A stretch of DNA of 64,000 nucleotides, from assembly GCA_965214605.1 (NCBI GenBank), contig OZ243961.1:512001-576000 (forward strand), written 5' to 3'. Made by a program: the position numbers and the translations under genes. Source of the DNA: an uncultured Candidatus Binatia bacterium. Its GTDB lineage: Bacteria > Desulfobacterota > Binatia > Bin18. The stretch's first letter is position 1. Each line of letters opens with the position of its first letter. Shown here piece by piece: positions 19,330 to 29,169 of this stretch. Under the pieces are notes generated by a model. The model did not search any database and was not told where the DNA came from. It worked only from the letters and a program-made list of their open reading frames with translations.

Positions 19330-22300
19330 TCAGTCATTCGCTGGACGGATGCGGCCTATCGGGTCAATCGAAACCTTTCTCGGTCGCCTCAACATAAATC
19401 CCCCGAAGCGAGGCTGAAAATTCTCCCGCTTCCCGTCCATCCCTTGCTTTTCGGCCTCCTTCACCGAGGTGGGCCGAGCGTCGTTGATCTTGGCGAGGGT
19501 CGGTCGACCCTCTGAGGCGATACTATGTATTACCCAAAGCCCTTTCTTTTCTCCTTCCTGGAACTCTACCACATCACCCGGCGACAGCGACATAATGAAC
19601 TGCGCTTCCTCGCTACGCTCACGTTGCACCACGGGCTTACGTTTTGCCAGCCGCCGAGACGCTTCAAACAGGCTGACCACTTCAAAGTCAGGCTTACCAT
19701 TTGGCAAACGAAAGATCGCGATATGATGATTCCCATCCAAGGGAGCGTAACCTGTCGTGGCCGGCGCCATCAGTTTCCACTGTTGCTTCATCAGAATGCG
19801 GACTTTACGGATTTTCGGGCCGTCCGGGCTTCGTTTGGGATAAGGAGGAAACGCTTTTTTCGGATCACCGCCATGATTCTCGACCCATCGAGTGACGATC
19901 TCTCTCACATCTTTGTCTCGAATACCCTCGCCATCCTTCTCGGTTTTCAGCTCGCTCTTGCTCAGTTCCTCAACGTTCTTGCGCGTAACAAACTGGCGGT
20001 AAGTTCCTGAATTTGTGGTGATACACTGTTTCGTATCCCCGTATATCGTTTCCTTGTGCAGTCGGCCGGACACTTTTTTGCGTACGCGGTGGGAAACAAC
20101 GATTTCGTGAACGGCGCGTTCAGTATCGGCTCGGACTGTCTCCCAGGGTAGCAACAGGAAAGGACGTTTGACACCGGGCCTCTCTCTGGCCTTCCAGTAA
20201 GTGGACAACCGTTGCGTCATACCGGGATGGGTACAGGCCACCACCAACGCGTCAATGGCATGGTGGCGATGGTCAGCACGGGTTTTCTTCCCGTCGCCGG
20301 CCAGAATGTTGTTCAGGTTCCAGAGCTTACGGAGCTGGGCGGTAGCACGCCCGGATACCGCCTGCACTGTCACGGGTGCGTGTGGCCCCAAGTCGGGCCA
20401 GAGGCGCTTGAGAAACGCGACAGCCTCTCGCGCGGCATAGCCGGTGTCGTTGAGTTGGCGCGCGGCAAAATCCTTGGGGATGGATTGCGCCAGAAACCGC
20501 TTGATTTTCCCTGGTGACATCCCCTCACCGCCCTTGGACGCCCGCATTTTTTGCAGGCGGTCCGTGATCTCTGCCCAACGGTCAGCATCATGCCCAAGAT
20601 ACTCAAACGGGGTACGGGCGCCTTTCTTCTGGTTCACGTCTTCACGGCACAACGTCTTGTTTCTGAAGCTGTCGTCAAACGATCTAGATCGCGGCCAAAT
20701 ATGCTCTATCTGGAACTTCCCCTCACGAAATAGCGCGTCAAAACAAATATGATCCCCGGTATAGGGACAGCGTTCCCCACTCTCCTTCCAGAGCAGCCAT
20801 TTCTCAATTTGGTCGCGCGACGGTTGAGCAAGCCCTTTGTCCTCCAAGTCTTTCTTGGCCGCCTTTCGGCGACGTTCCTGACGGCGAATACCGTCTTGTA
20901 TTTCCTCACGCTTGCGTTTTGACGTCCCGATATCGCGGGTCAATTCAACACGGATCCGGTCTGGTCTACCGAACATGTCTATGAGATTATTGACGACCTT
21001 ACGCAACTCGTTACGAGTCCGTACGACCGTAGGGTTACGCAATCCGGCGATATACTCGCGCTCTTCTTTGTCCGCCGGACTTGGTAGCCGGTCCACAAAC
21101 TCGCCTGTTGGCCGGCGTCCTTCAGGAAAGGTCTTATTCCGCCAGTCCTCCCACTCAGGGCTATTCACAAGGACGCCGAAGCGCACCCCGTCCTGTAGAT
21201 GGGGCAGCATAGCCCGCAGCGCCTCTGTGGAATAAGGTTCCCAGCCGGTCGGCAGCTTGATTTTTCCCAGCTTTTCGGCCTGCTCTTCACTGACGCTAAA
21301 CTTCTCAATCAAGCTATGGGCCGCAGCCTGGCGCTTCGTACCCCGCTCTGCCTGTGGCTGGATGACAACCCGCTGCGCGCCGACTTCTCCATAATCCGCG
21401 GACCACAGGAGGGCGGGAACGGTGTCGCGGAGGGCCTGTTTATGTGGGTGGCGTTGCCAAGCCTCACCAAAAATGCCAGCTAGGTTCGCTTCGAGCGGAT
21501 TGCCGATCAATGTTCTCTCGCCACCAAGTTCGAGGTTAAATTGCAGCCTCTTTTCCGCTCCCGCCTCTCCGCGCTCCTTGTACAGAGGGTGGAGCGCTTT
21601 ACGAACACCAGCCCAGGTCATAGACGCCTGCGTCTGTAACCTGTTAAGAATTGCCGCGCGTTCGTCCCTATTTAGCGGGCGGCTTTCCCCGACTACCACC
21701 TCTAGGTTATTCAACTTTTCGAGCATGCGCCGTTGCTGAGACAGCCACGCGCCTTTGGGGCATAGAGCTTTATCCGGCATGAAGCGACATTCACCCAGCG
21801 TACTCTTGCGCCAGAAGACCGGCCGTTGGGCAAAAATCGCTTCGCGGATCGCGTGTTTAAAGCTCCGATCGTGTAGGGCTTGGTTGTACTTCTCCTGAGC
21901 CGTCCAGAATTTTTTAAACTCCTCCTCAACAACGGCTCGGGTGGCATGTACGCAGCGTTTACGCTTATCCGGCCCACGCCTCGACAACCAAGCCCCGAGC
22001 GTGACTGTCGAGTCCTTACTTTCTTCTTCTCTCAATTCCTCCAGCGTCTTTTCTCGTTCGGTCTTAGCCTTCTTCTCGTCGGCGCTTTCCTTGTCCCTGT
22101 CGTCACCAACGGCATCAGAAGAACCGCCATCGTCCTCAAGATCCCGGCCTTTGAAATGCCGGCGCTTGGCCAGATGATATAGTGCCCGTCCGAACTCATC
22201 CCTCGTCAGGGCTTTTGCTTCTCTGATCGCACGCGCTCGCAGCTCATAGGGGTCAAGCTTCATCAGTTCGCTCCAAGCCGACTTTGGCGAGGCGTCGAAT

Positions 22301-22551
22301 GCGGGCAGGAACCCCGCCTCGTGGAGTAGCTCGCCAATATTGCGCCGGCGTTGACGGCTGCGCCGTAGCTGACGCCTCCGCATGCGTGCCTGTCGTCGCT
22401 TATGGTTCAACGGAGTGCCGTCAGGATCACGCGCCTCGGGAAAAATGCGGACGCCAAGCCGAAGGATTCGGCCTTCCGCTTCGTCGTCATGCTCAATGAC
22501 GGCAAATCCAATAGAAGTCGTCCCGATATCAAATCCAAAAATCAGCGCCAT
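19330..22551 (-). CDS. cas9: Type II-C Cas9, about 1073 aa
   Basis: RuvC-I FGFDIG, Arg-rich bridge helix, RuvC-II RIRVEL, HNH IEHIWP..N..N, RuvC-III HHAIDA; no csn2 or cas4. Confidence 0.98.
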   Translation of the reverse strand: MALIFGFDIGTTSIGFAVIEHDDEAEGRILRLGVRIFPEARDPDGTPLNHKRRQARMRRRQLRRSRQRRRNIGELLHEAGFLPAFDASPKSAWSELMKLDPYELRARAIREAKALTRDEFGRALYHLAKRRHFKGRDLEDDGGSSDAVGDDRDKESADEKKAKTEREKTLEELREEESKDSTVTLGAWLSRRGPDKRKRCVHATRAVVEEEFKKFWTAQEKYNQALHDRSFKHAIREAIFAQRPVFWRKSTLGECRFMPDKALCPKGAWLSQQRRMLEKLNNLEVVVGESRPLNRDERAAILNRLQTQASMTWAGVRKALHPLYKERGEAGAEKRLQFNLELGGERTLIGNPLEANLAGIFGEAWQRHPHKQALRDTVPALLWSADYGEVGAQRVVIQPQAERGTKRQAAAHSLIEKFSVSEEQAEKLGKIKLPTGWEPYSTEALRAMLPHLQDGVRFGVLVNSPEWEDWRNKTFPEGRRPTGEFVDRLPSPADKEEREYIAGLRNPTVVRTRNELRKVVNNLIDMFGRPDRIRVELTRDIGTSKRKREEIQDGIRRQERRRKAAKKDLEDKGLAQPSRDQIEKWLLWKESGERCPYTGDHICFDALFREGKFQIEHIWPRSRSFDDSFRNKTLCREDVNQKKGARTPFEYLGHDADRWAEITDRLQKMRASKGGEGMSPGKIKRFLAQSIPKDFAARQLNDTGYAAREAVAFLKRLWPDLGPHAPVTVQAVSGRATAQLRKLWNLNNILAGDGKKTRADHRHHAIDALVVACTHPGMTQRLSTYWKARERPGVKRPFLLLPWETVRADTERAVHEIVVSHRVRKKVSGRLHKETIYGDTKQCITTNSGTYRQFVTRKNVEELSKSELKTEKDGEGIRDKDVREIVTRWVENHGGDPKKAFPPYPKRSPDGPKIRKVRILMKQQWKLMAPATTGYAPLDGNHHIAIFRLPNGKPDFEVVSLFEASRRLAKRKPVVQRERSEEAQFIMSLSPGDVVEFQEGEKKGLWVIHSIASEGRPTLAKINDARPTSVKEAEKQGMDGKRENFQPRFGGFMLRRPRKVSIDPIGRIRPAND

Positions 22552-22597
22552 CAATACCCCCCCTCTTGCCAAGTCAACGATAAATCTCTAATAGGGA

Positions 22598-22720
22598 ACC
22601 ATAGCAAATTGAGAAGTGGCCGATTGCTTTTCGCAGGCAATTTGACCCTTCGTGCGGGCTCGGTGTCCCAAGGTCATCCACCGGTATCAAAGCCTCTGTC
22701 TCTATGATAGGGGCTTTGTT
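22598..22720 (+). ncRNA. tracrRNA
   Basis: Anti-repeat ATAGCAAATTGAGAAGTGGCCG (22601-22622) pairs with the repeat, both mismatches being G-U on +; TTCGCAG lower stem; terminal hairpin 22689-22716 plus T-rich tail. Confidence 0.9.
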
Positions 22721-22760
22721 GTTGGTCGCCAGAATGATTCACCCGCTAGCCGACCTTGGC

Positions 22761-23426
22761 TTATGGTAGAAGCTGAAGAACCGATACCAGGGGATTGTCA
22801 AGCAGGGCTTGGCACGCCTGCCCCAGCCGGCTTTCCAAGACGCCGGCTGAGCCGCGACTAAAAACAAAACCGCCCGGGGCCAGTACACGCAGCAGCTCTT
22901 GGACCGCCCGCTCAAACGTGTCCGCACTCATCGGAATCTCACGGTTAAACATATTGGCGGTGTAAATCACCCGTATCGACCGGTCGGTCAGGGCGCTGAG
23001 ATCACTGACCGTGGCGTGGTGCAAACGGATCTTGTCCGCTAGCCGAACATCTTCTGTCCTCTTCGTTTGTAAAAACTGGGCCGTCTCAACAACCTGGGCC
23101 CCAATCCACTCATAGCCGTGCACCCGATCCAGCTCAAAAACCGTCAGTACATCGCACGGTTCGAGCACATTGGTGCCGAAACCCAGACACAGCCCGTGAG
23201 TTGGCCGGTTTGCACGGAGCCTTGTCAGCACATCAACCTGGGCCAGCGCTTTGACTAGTCCGATGGCCTGCTGCAGCGCGGGTGCCACATGGCCGCCGAT
23301 GCTGTCGCGTAGCCCCGGATATTCCAAGATCATCACATAGGCGGGGTCATCCCGCCACGGCGCTTGGTCGTCGGGATAGATCTCCCCTTCGATGAACGCC
23401 CGCCAGGTTTGCTCTTCAGCCACCAT
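22761..23426 (-). CDS. Class I SAM-dependent methyltransferase-like protein (start could be 23489)
   Basis: LCLGFG motif-I-like, IYTANMF, RVLAPGG. Confidence 0.6.
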   Translation of the reverse strand: MVAEEQTWRAFIEGEIYPDDQAPWRDDPAYVMILEYPGLRDSIGGHVAPALQQAIGLVKALAQVDVLTRLRANRPTHGLCLGFGTNVLEPCDVLTVFELDRVHGYEWIGAQVVETAQFLQTKRTEDVRLADKIRLHHATVSDLSALTDRSIRVIYTANMFNREIPMSADTFERAVQELLRVLAPGGFVFSRGSAGVLESRLGQACQALLDNPLVSVLQLLP

Positions 23427-23507
23427 ACGTCTCGCAATCACCCCCCTCGGGCCTTGCAATATCACCCTGATTGCGCCATTTCCTGCCATACGACAGGAGG
23501 CAACACA

Positions 23508-24323
23508 ATGGGTGTAATGGACAGACTCCGACTGGACGGCAAGCTCATCATCATGACCGGAGCCGGGCGAGGCCTAGGGCGCGCAATGGCTCTTGATCTA
23601 GCCGAGGCGGGGGCCGACTTAGTGGCGGCCGCTCGGACGAGATCACAGATTGATGAAACGGCCGAAATGATCCGCAGCACAGGCCGCCGCTGTCTGGCCG
23701 TGCCGGTCAATATTACTGACTCCGCCTCGGTGCAGACAATGGTCAAGGCCACCCTGGCCGAGTTCGGACGGATTGACGTGCTGGTTAATAACGCCGGCGG
23801 GGCAAGCCGGGGATGGAACAAACCGCTAGAGGAGATCACGGACGAGGAGTGGCATAAAGGCATTGATACCAATCTGACTGGAGCGGTCTTTTGCTGCCGG
23901 GCGGTTATCCCTCATATGCTTAAACAGGGCGGCGGTAAAATCATCAACATCACCTCCGGGCTTGGGGTCCGGGCCAGCAGGTACAATTTCATGTATTCCG
24001 CGGCCAAGGCCGGGCTCAACAACTTCACCCGCTGTATGGCTATGAACTACGCCGATAAAAATATTCAGACCAATCTCATCATGCCGGGCATTTTCCCGCA
24101 CGACGATCCGGCTCTCATCAAATTTTGGCAGGGAGGGAAGTTCATTCCGGTCGGCCGGGTGGGCAAAGACGAAGAGCTGGGCCACCTGTGCGTGTTCTTA
24201 GCCTCGGAGGCGTCCAACTATATGAACGGGGAAATGCTGTGTACCGAAGGCGGGGGTTTGGCGGGCGGCGAGGTCCCGACCGGCTTTGCTCCGTTGGTGC
24301 CACTGGAAGGAGAGCGGCAATGA
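23508..24323 (+). CDS. SDR oxidoreductase, canonical
   Basis: TGAGRGLG, NNAG, YSAAK. Confidence 0.92.
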   Translation: MGVMDRLRLDGKLIIMTGAGRGLGRAMALDLAEAGADLVAAARTRSQIDETAEMIRSTGRRCLAVPVNITDSASVQTMVKATLAEFGRIDVLVNNAGGASRGWNKPLEEITDEEWHKGIDTNLTGAVFCCRAVIPHMLKQGGGKIINITSGLGVRASRYNFMYSAAKAGLNNFTRCMAMNYADKNIQTNLIMPGIFPHDDPALIKFWQGGKFIPVGRVGKDEELGHLCVFLASEASNYMNGEMLCTEGGGLAGGEVPTGFAPLVPLEGERQ

Positions 24324-25087
24324 GCGCGTTCTCCCTGGCCGATAAATCTGCCCTGATCATCGGCGCCGCCACGCCAATCGGGGGTGCCTTAGCCCTGACG
24401 CTTGCCGAGGCAGGGGCCAATACCGTGCTGTCTACCACGCTGCCCTCGCCTCGTGAGGTGGCGGCGATCCAGGCCCACGAGCGCACGATTCGTGATATGG
24501 GCCGAGAAGGCTTTACCCAGACGATCGACATCACCAGCGAACACGACGTAAACGCCCTAGTTGAACGTACGGTGTCTGAATTGGGCAGCCTCGACATCCT
24601 GGTCAACACACCAGACCTAGCCTTTGCCAAGCCTATCCAACACAGTTCGCTGGCGGAGTGGAACCGGGTGCTTGGCGTCAATCTGAGCGGCGTGTATCTC
24701 AGCTGCCGGGCGGCCGCCGGCCCCATGCTGTCTCAGCAATACGGTCGGATCATTAACCTTGTCTCTGTGCTCGGCCAACGAGGTATGGCCAACGGGAGCG
24801 CCTACTGTGCTGCCCAAGCCGGAGTGCTCAACTTGACCCGGGCCCTGTCCCAAGAATGGGCCCGCCAGGGCATCACGGTCAACGCGATTGGGGCTGGCTG
24901 GACTGAGGGCATGACCATGCTTTATGACGACGCGGTCAAAAAACAGCTCATCCGCTACATCCCCCAAAAACGTCTGGCTCAACCCCAAGACATTGCTGAC
25001 GCGGTGGTGAGTTTTGCCTCGGACCGTTCCGGTTTCATTACCGGCCAAGTGCTATGGCTGGAGGGCGGGGTGTTGAGTCGATTATAA
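24320..25087 (+). CDS. SDR family protein with degenerate motifs
   Basis: GAATPIG, NTPD, YCAAQ; ATGA overlap with preceding SDR. Confidence 0.88.
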   Translation: MSAFSLADKSALIIGAATPIGGALALTLAEAGANTVLSTTLPSPREVAAIQAHERTIRDMGREGFTQTIDITSEHDVNALVERTVSELGSLDILVNTPDLAFAKPIQHSSLAEWNRVLGVNLSGVYLSCRAAAGPMLSQQYGRIINLVSVLGQRGMANGSAYCAAQAGVLNLTRALSQEWARQGITVNAIGAGWTEGMTMLYDDAVKKQLIRYIPQKRLAQPQDIADAVVSFASDRSGFITGQVLWLEGGVLSRL

Positions 25088-25148
25088 AAAACGCTCTTTT
25101 AGCCAAAACCGTATTGTCCTTCCCCCGTGTTCAGGCTAAAGGAGAAAC

Positions 25149-25994
25149 ATGTCACAGGCTGTCAAACGAAGCACCCTGAGCGGTGACTGGATCTGGCGGA
25201 CGGTTCGGCAAGAGGCCGCGCGAGAAGAGGAGCGCGAGCCGGTGTTGGCCAGCTTTCTGCACTCAATTATCCTCAACCACTCTTCGCTAGAGGAAGCGCT
25301 GAGCTTTCATCTGGCCGGCAAGCTGACCAATCTGAACCTGCCGTCCATGTCCCTCCGCGATATTATCATCGAAGCAATGCTCAAAGACGCTGCGATCGGC
25401 AGAGCGATTCGGGCCGATATTCGTGGGGCACGGGAACGCGACCCAGCCTGCTCCTCCTATCTCGTCCCTCTGCTCTACTACAAGGGCCTGCACGCCCTAG
25501 AAGCCTACCGGGTTGCCCACTGGCTGTGGACCCAAGACCGCAGAACTCTGGCGTTCTGTTTTCAGAATCGCATCTCTGAGGTTTTTGGGGTCGACATCCA
25601 CCCAGCGGCTCGCATTGGTTCAGGAGTGTTCATTGACCACGCCACGAGTCTGGTTATCGGTGAAACCGCTGTGGTAGAAGACGAGGTCTCCATGCTCCAG
25701 GAGGTCACCCTAGGCGGCACCGGCAAGGAGAGCGGCGACCGCCACCCCAAGATTCGGACCGGCGTGCTGATCAGCGCCGGGGCCAAGATTCTGGGCAATG
25801 TTGAGGTTGGTGCAGACGCCAAAGTTGGCGCGGGCAGTGTTGTGCTGACCGATGTGCCGGCCGGCTGTACGGTTGCCGGCGTCCCAGCCAAAATTGTAGG
25901 ACGGTGCGCTCAGACCACAAGTCATCCGGCCCTGGAGATGGACCACCAACTTCCGGCCAGGATTCCGGACTACGAGCCGCTTGAAGAGCACTGA
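25149..25994 (+). CDS. cysE: Serine O-acetyltransferase
   Basis: RDPAC, KGLHAL, VDIHPAARIG, IDHATS, GGTGKESGDRHPKI. Confidence 0.96.
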   Translation: MSQAVKRSTLSGDWIWRTVRQEAAREEEREPVLASFLHSIILNHSSLEEALSFHLAGKLTNLNLPSMSLRDIIIEAMLKDAAIGRAIRADIRGARERDPACSSYLVPLLYYKGLHALEAYRVAHWLWTQDRRTLAFCFQNRISEVFGVDIHPAARIGSGVFIDHATSLVIGETAVVEDEVSMLQEVTLGGTGKESGDRHPKIRTGVLISAGAKILGNVEVGADAKVGAGSVVLTDVPAGCTVAGVPAKIVGRCAQTTSHPALEMDHQLPARIPDYEPLEEH

Positions 25995-26030
25995 GGGGTG
26001 CGTCGCACGACAAAACAAGGAGGGTGCGTC

Positions 26031-27857
26031 TTGGATACTATGTCTGTGACCAACGAACAGATTGCCCAGCGGATCGCGGCATTATACCAACGTTTGCAGG
26101 AAGCCCGGGTTGATGCCTATCTGGTGCCGTCCTCAGATTCTCACCTCAACGAGTATGTCTCCGCCTATCAGCAACGCCGCGCCGCGATGAGCAATTTTAC
26201 CGGCTCGGCCGGAGATGCCTTGATCAGCCCTTACGGCAACCATGTATTTGTGGACTCACGTTATTACTTGCAGGCCGAGCAGGAAGTCGATCCCACCCTG
26301 TTTCGGATTCACAAAGTAGGCCTGGAGGGCGAGAAGACGCTGACCGAGTGGCTGCGTGACATGGAAAAAGAGCACGGCAATCTGCGGGTCGGCTATGATC
26401 CGTTTGTGGTGGCCATGGATATGCAGGCCGCCTATAGCCGCACGTTCAAGTCTGAGGATTCCGCCTTGGTGCCGATCTCTGGCAACCTAGTTGATGCGGT
26501 CTGGCAGGATCGCCCCCCGGCGCCCTTCCACCCGATCTACCTGCTGTCGGAGGCGGACACCGGCCGCTCGGTGGCCGATAAGCTTAGCGCGGTGCGAGAA
26601 AAAATGGCCGAGGAAGAGGCAACGGTTTTGGTCCTGACCAAGCTCGACGAGATTGCTTGGCTGACCAATCTGCGCGGCAGCGATGTCTCGTACAATCCGG
26701 TCTTTGAGTCCTACTGTGTTATTGAGCGTGAACGAGCGACGTGTTTTACCCGGCTCACTCCTGAACCCGACATTCAGGCTGCCCTGGCACCAGACATGAG
26801 CTTTGCCCCGTATGAGGCGTATACCGAGACCTTGCGGCGTATTCGCGACGGTCTGGAAGGAAAAATCTGGCTTGATCCGGCTGGTACAACGATGGGCACC
26901 CGCCTGCTCTTGCCCGAAGACCGCTGCCTGCACGAAGCGCGCAACCCGGTCGTATTGATGAAAGCGCTTAAAAACGAGGTTGAGCTCGCCCGCAGCCGCC
27001 AGGCTCATCAGCGCGCCGCCGCCGCCAAGATCCGTAGCCTCGTGCGTATGGAACACATGCGTGCCGTCGGGCAGTTCATTAGTGAAAAAGCGTACGCCCA
27101 GATGTTGCGCGACGAGTACGCCCGCGAAGACGGGTTTCGCGACCTGAGTTTTGCCACAATTTCTGCGGTTGGCGCCAATGGGGCGATCGTTCACTATGGT
27201 GGGGCCAACGACGAAGTTGCCCTGCAGGACGGCGAGCTGTTGCTCGTCGACTCCGGCACCCAGATGGGTGCCGGCACGACCGATGACACCCGGACGATTT
27301 GCATCGGTACGCCAACCGAGCGTCAACAGAAGCTGTATACCTTGGTCCTACGCTGTCATATCCAGTTAGCGAGACAAAAGTTTCCCGAAGGAACGGGGGG
27401 GGTCGCGCTTGACGCGCTGACCCGTGGACAGATGTGGAATGCCGGCCTCGACTACGGCCACGGTACCGGACACGGGGTTGGGGCGCTGCTCAACGTGCAC
27501 GAAGGCCCCCAGCGGGTCGCCACCCGTGGCAGCGATGAGCCCCTCCAACCTGGTATGATTATCTCCAACGAACCCGGCTATTACGAGGCTGGTTGGGGAG
27601 GGATTCGGCTTGAAAACCTGTATGTCGTTACAGAGGATAACACCCTCCCAGAGCACCCCAGCGGCAAAAAATGGCTCCAGCTAGAGACGCTTACCCTCAT
27701 TCCGTTTGACCACCGCTTGATTGACTGGGCCCAGCTCAGTCAGACCGACCGGAGCTGGCTCGCCGCCTATCATAGACAAGTCCTTGACACCATCGGCCCC
27801 CTGCTCAACGACAACGACCGGGCCTGGCTAGAGGCGGCGTGTGAACCGTTTATCTAG
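26031..27857 (+). CDS. Xaa-Pro aminopeptidase (M24, three-domain type)
   Basis: DSHLNEY, FTGSAG, GTTDDTRT, HGTGHGVG..VHEGP, SNEPGYY, GIRLEN. Confidence 0.93.
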   Translation: MDTMSVTNEQIAQRIAALYQRLQEARVDAYLVPSSDSHLNEYVSAYQQRRAAMSNFTGSAGDALISPYGNHVFVDSRYYLQAEQEVDPTLFRIHKVGLEGEKTLTEWLRDMEKEHGNLRVGYDPFVVAMDMQAAYSRTFKSEDSALVPISGNLVDAVWQDRPPAPFHPIYLLSEADTGRSVADKLSAVREKMAEEEATVLVLTKLDEIAWLTNLRGSDVSYNPVFESYCVIERERATCFTRLTPEPDIQAALAPDMSFAPYEAYTETLRRIRDGLEGKIWLDPAGTTMGTRLLLPEDRCLHEARNPVVLMKALKNEVELARSRQAHQRAAAAKIRSLVRMEHMRAVGQFISEKAYAQMLRDEYAREDGFRDLSFATISAVGANGAIVHYGGANDEVALQDGELLLVDSGTQMGAGTTDDTRTICIGTPTERQQKLYTLVLRCHIQLARQKFPEGTGGVALDALTRGQMWNAGLDYGHGTGHGVGALLNVHEGPQRVATRGSDEPLQPGMIISNEPGYYEAGWGGIRLENLYVVTEDNTLPEHPSGKKWLQLETLTLIPFDHRLIDWAQLSQTDRSWLAAYHRQVLDTIGPLLNDNDRAWLEAACEPFI

Positions 27858-27945
27858 ATCGGAAAGGCTCAGCGATTTCAGCCCAGCTCAATATCGACCG
27901 TTAGAGCTGGCGGACTCCCGTTCACAAAGCTCAACCTGATCTCGG

Positions 27946-29169
27946 TCAGGCAACAATGGAGGCGGCTTTTAGGCTCTGGATATCGTCTGCACTGTAGCCT
28001 AGCTCACCCAAAATCTCATCGGTGTGCTGGCCGAGACCGGGGGGCGGGCTCTGCACAGCGGCCGGGGTGTCTGAAAAACGCCACACCGGCCCAATCGTCT
28101 CAAAGGGATCGGCGGCTGGACGCGTAATCTGTCGGACCACGTCCAACTCTTTTACCTGGGGATGCGTAAACACGTTTGTGTATGTGGTAAACGGCACCGC
28201 GTCGCCCTGAAACTCGTGAATGAGCCGAACGATCTCATCGTTGCTCCGCTGGGCAAACGCGCGCTCCCAAATCGGCTTGACCTCGGCCACATAACGGCCG
28301 ACCCCGGTCGCTTCGCGCCCAAAGTCGTCAAAGCGGGGGTCGGCCAGGCAGTCCTCTAGGCCGAGCGAAATCAGGAGCCGGTCCCAGTCTTCGCTGCTGC
28401 CCCGCCGGAGGCTAAAAAAGACGTGGCCGTCTTTGGTCTTATAGCCCTCATCGGGCGGCTTGGTGTAGTTGTCGAGATGGAAGCCGTACCAGTCATCCGG
28501 GTCGGTCATTGACGTCCACATGATGCCTCGCATGTGCAACAGGGTGCCCAGCATACTGACCGAGACGCGCTGTCCGCGGCCCTTGCGCAAACGGTGGAAC
28601 AGTCCGGCCGTGACCGCCTGAGAGACAAACACGCCAGTACTAAGACTGGCCACATCCGTCCCCAAACGCACCGGCGGCTCACCAATCCGGCCCAGCGAGT
28701 TCGTGTAGTCGGCCATGGCCTGAATCACGAGCTCGGCTCCGGGTAGATTCCGCAACGGTCCTTTTTCACCAAAGGCACTCACCGCGCAGTACACCAGTTG
28801 GGGATTGAGCGCCTGCAGGTCATTATAGCCAAGCCCCAGCTTGTCCACCTCATCCGGATCCAAATCTTCAAGCACCGCATCCGCCTGAGTCGCCAGACGC
28901 CGGACAATGGCCTGCCCCTCTTCTGTCCAGATATCAACCGCCAGACTCTTTTTATTACGGTTGAGACTTAAAAAAACGGCGCTGTCTTCGCCGACAAACG
29001 GCGGTCCCATGGCCCGTGACGCGTCCCCGTTAAGGGGCTCAAGCTTGATGATCTCAGCTCCCGCGTCCCCCAGCCGCATGGCACCGAAGGGACCGCACAA
29101 GCCCTGGGTCAAGTCGACAATGCGATAGCCGGACAGTGCACCAGGGCTTCTCTGCGATCTAGTCCTCAA
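27946..29169 (-). CDS. Class III CoA transferase subunit lacking the expected catalytic Asp; start uncertain (in-frame TTG 29169)
   Basis: GAEIIKLE, LNRNKKS, SAFGEKGP; RLGTDVASLSTG at the catalytic position. Confidence 0.85.
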   Translation of the reverse strand: MRTRSQRSPGALSGYRIVDLTQGLCGPFGAMRLGDAGAEIIKLEPLNGDASRAMGPPFVGEDSAVFLSLNRNKKSLAVDIWTEEGQAIVRRLATQADAVLEDLDPDEVDKLGLGYNDLQALNPQLVYCAVSAFGEKGPLRNLPGAELVIQAMADYTNSLGRIGEPPVRLGTDVASLSTGVFVSQAVTAGLFHRLRKGRGQRVSVSMLGTLLHMRGIMWTSMTDPDDWYGFHLDNYTKPPDEGYKTKDGHVFFSLRRGSSEDWDRLLISLGLEDCLADPRFDDFGREATGVGRYVAEVKPIWERAFAQRSNDEIVRLIHEFQGDAVPFTTYTNVFTHPQVKELDVVRQITRPAADPFETIGPVWRFSDTPAAVQSPPPGLGQHTDEILGELGYSADDIQSLKAASIVA

